From contig NC_134031.1 in the NCBI RefSeq assembly GCF_964204645.1, forward strand, positions 14,371,807 through 14,435,806: a stretch of 64,000 nt of DNA, given 5' to 3'. Positions 63,201-64,000 of this stretch are shown piece by piece. Both the position numbers and the translations under genes were made by a program. A model generated the notes under the pieces. The model was not told the DNA's origin. It did no database searches and saw nothing but the letters and a program-made list of their open reading frames with translations. Each line of letters opens with the position of its first letter. Positions within the stretch are counted from its first letter, which is position 1. This DNA comes from Tubulanus polymorphus (Eukaryota > Animalia > Nemertea).

Positions 63201-64000
63201 AACTGTGTATTAGAAAGAAAAGTACCATAGACCTTTAAAACATCGCGTATACTAAACCTCGCCATTTGGCATATCAAATGTGAATTATTTTTGGGGGAAT
63301 TTTAGGATGAAACTCATTGCAAAGGAATTTAATCCATCGCGAAAACTAGGTTTCATCATTTGATATATTAGAAATGGAATTATTAACAATGTTATAATTA
63401 AATAATATCAAAGGTCTTTTATGAATATTGTGAAAACTAAACCTCGTCATGTGGTATATCAAATCCTTAACCATTATGTTATAACTAGGCATTTAGAAAT
63501 ATTGAAAGAAAAACTGAACTTGTCACTCAATATTGAAAGAATGTAAAGTCAAACTAGTATTTCGTACAACAGAATTCAAGTTTATGAATTTTCTCTACGT
63601 CCTCTATGTTTCCAACTTCGTCACTTACCCTGATATGAGGTCGTTTATGTCCTGCCGACATCCTTCGTAGACCTTACTCAAATTTGACATGCCTTGTGTG
63701 AAAAAAAAATGAAATGAAAGGCTCGATTTATAAGGGAGTAAAAGCGACCTGTCATAAGATTCTGAAAATCACCAGGATTCGAACCAAAAACACTGTTAAA
63801 TGGGACTAGTACAACACAATTCGAATCGCGGTGAACCCTAAATTCACCCAGTAACGATAACAATTTATTGACAGCTGTTTTGATTACCTGAAATTTCTGG
63901 ACCTCTGTCAACGTTACTAAAAAAATCGATCCACTTTTCTTTATAAGAATTTGTGATCCTGCAAATAGTCGAATATCTCACCATGAAACAAACTATATAA
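57121..64000 (-). CDS. DEG/ENaC (ASIC-like, amiloride-sensitive sodium channel family) gene, 5' end outside window; multi-exon
   Basis: Exons join with consistent GT-AG phases and give family motifs CKWKGELC..DF..YGVCYTF, GLRIVANVESYEY, HEQ..P..G..V.PG.ET, LPPPHWNC..Y...C...C, CKCPDSC, NMILLNMYF.EL.Y..IEQ..DY and TM2 GEVGGYMGLLLGASIFTLFE (GAS filter). Confidence 0.95.
58004..58095 (-). CDS. DEG/ENaC exon (palm beta11-beta12, pre-TM2)
   Basis: Acceptor tttccgtag, donor gtaagt; 92 nt; (R)NNMILLNMYFKELSYRKIEQYPDYGMFSFL(G); phases match both neighbours. Confidence 0.92.
58251..58680. mobile_element. PIF/Harbinger-like MITE in a DEG/ENaC intron
   Basis: TIRs AGGCCCGGACACACTGGGCGATTT / AAATCGCCCAGTGTGTCCGCGGCT; flanks tat/taa; three extra internal TIR copies and many GC-rich palindromes. 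Confidence 0.7.
58879..60427 (-). CDS. DEG/ENaC giant exon (end of thumb, beta10, ~480-aa insertion at the knuckle position)
   Basis: Acceptor tttttttccag, donor gtagag; 1549 nt fully open. Starts (G)EFYKVVRNSACKCPDSCKKHTYDITTSQS, ends DRHMFI(R), and joins in phase to the next exon. Confidence 0.9.
60644..60881 (-). CDS. DEG/ENaC exon (thumb domain)
   Basis: Acceptor ttctttcag, donor gtaaaa; 238 nt; NINLPPPHWNCSERPLALFKHYTHGKCMEECFINYIVKRFNCVP...PDCDGYKVLAIKKAK. Confidence 0.92.
61383..61478 (-). CDS. DEG/ENaC exon (beta-ball)
   Basis: Acceptor atttcag, donor gtagaa; 96 nt; IMAHEQGELPLPEYGTHVTPGTETSLAVELIE. Confidence 0.9.
61470..62034. repeat. ~91-bp intronic tandem repeat, ~6 copies
   Basis: cataattaccgttacaaacactgggtgtggtctaatcaactaaatac recurs every ~91 bp. 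Confidence 0.85.
62506..62591 (-). CDS. DEG/ENaC exon
   Basis: Acceptor gttttag, donor gtacgt; 86 nt; (G)LYSGLRIVANVESYEYISGNYEGASGLI. Confidence 0.88.
63072..63202 (-). CDS. DEG/ENaC exon
   Basis: Acceptor atacacag, donor gtaata; 131 nt; CKWKGELCDVDDFYPIVTSAYGVCYTFKPFVNSHNGSLDMTQP. Confidence 0.9.
63629..63692 (-). CDS. DEG/ENaC exon (finger helix)
   Basis: Poly-T tract then cacacaag acceptor, donor gtaagt; 64 nt; MSNLSKVYEGCRQDINDLIS(G); joins in phase to CKWKG. Confidence 0.8.
63848..63887 (-). CDS. Probable small DEG/ENaC exon (finger region)
   Basis: Acceptor atttcag, donor gtgaat; 40 nt; VIKTAVNKLLSLL(G); phase compatible with the next exon. A further donor (gtgaga) at 63981 suggests another exon running off the window. 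No conserved motif to anchor it. Confidence 0.5.

Noticed and set aside
46209-64000. GPCR, MS4A-like and DEG/ENaC genes as a functional sensory cluster
   Set aside because: Adjacent membrane-protein genes in an animal genome are not evidence of a shared pathway; needs synteny or co-expression data.

Overview
AT-rich, repeat-dense eukaryotic DNA, most likely from a marine invertebrate (inferred from gene content, probably a spiralian). I see no coding genes in the first ~46 kb, only micro- and minisatellites, MITEs, SINE/LINE remnants and hammerhead-ribozyme-like repeats. Three genes lie in the last 18 kb. (1) An intronless class A neuropeptide GPCR of the myosuppressin/DMSR/sex-peptide-receptor group (46209-47447, +). 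(2) An MS4A/CD20-like four-TM protein with a Pro/Gly/Gln repeat N-terminus (55093-55878, +). (3) The 3' part of a multi-exon DEG/ENaC (ASIC-like) channel (57121 to the window end, -), whose exons I reconstructed by hand with consistent splice phases. The most striking observation is that one 1549-nt exon replaces the channel's ~20-aa knuckle with a ~480-aa, glycosylation-rich, probably helical domain. The channel has also lost both cysteines of one thumb disulfide. Second, a family of ~130-150-bp repeats carrying minimal type I hammerhead ribozyme cores (retrozyme/Penelope-like) occurs at three loci, each time as a head-to-head inverted arrangement. Also seen: a nested foldback-type transposon pair with an 8-bp target duplication, and tandem arrays built on CTCF-like and CCAAT-box motifs. 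All coordinates were read by eye and no database searches were run.
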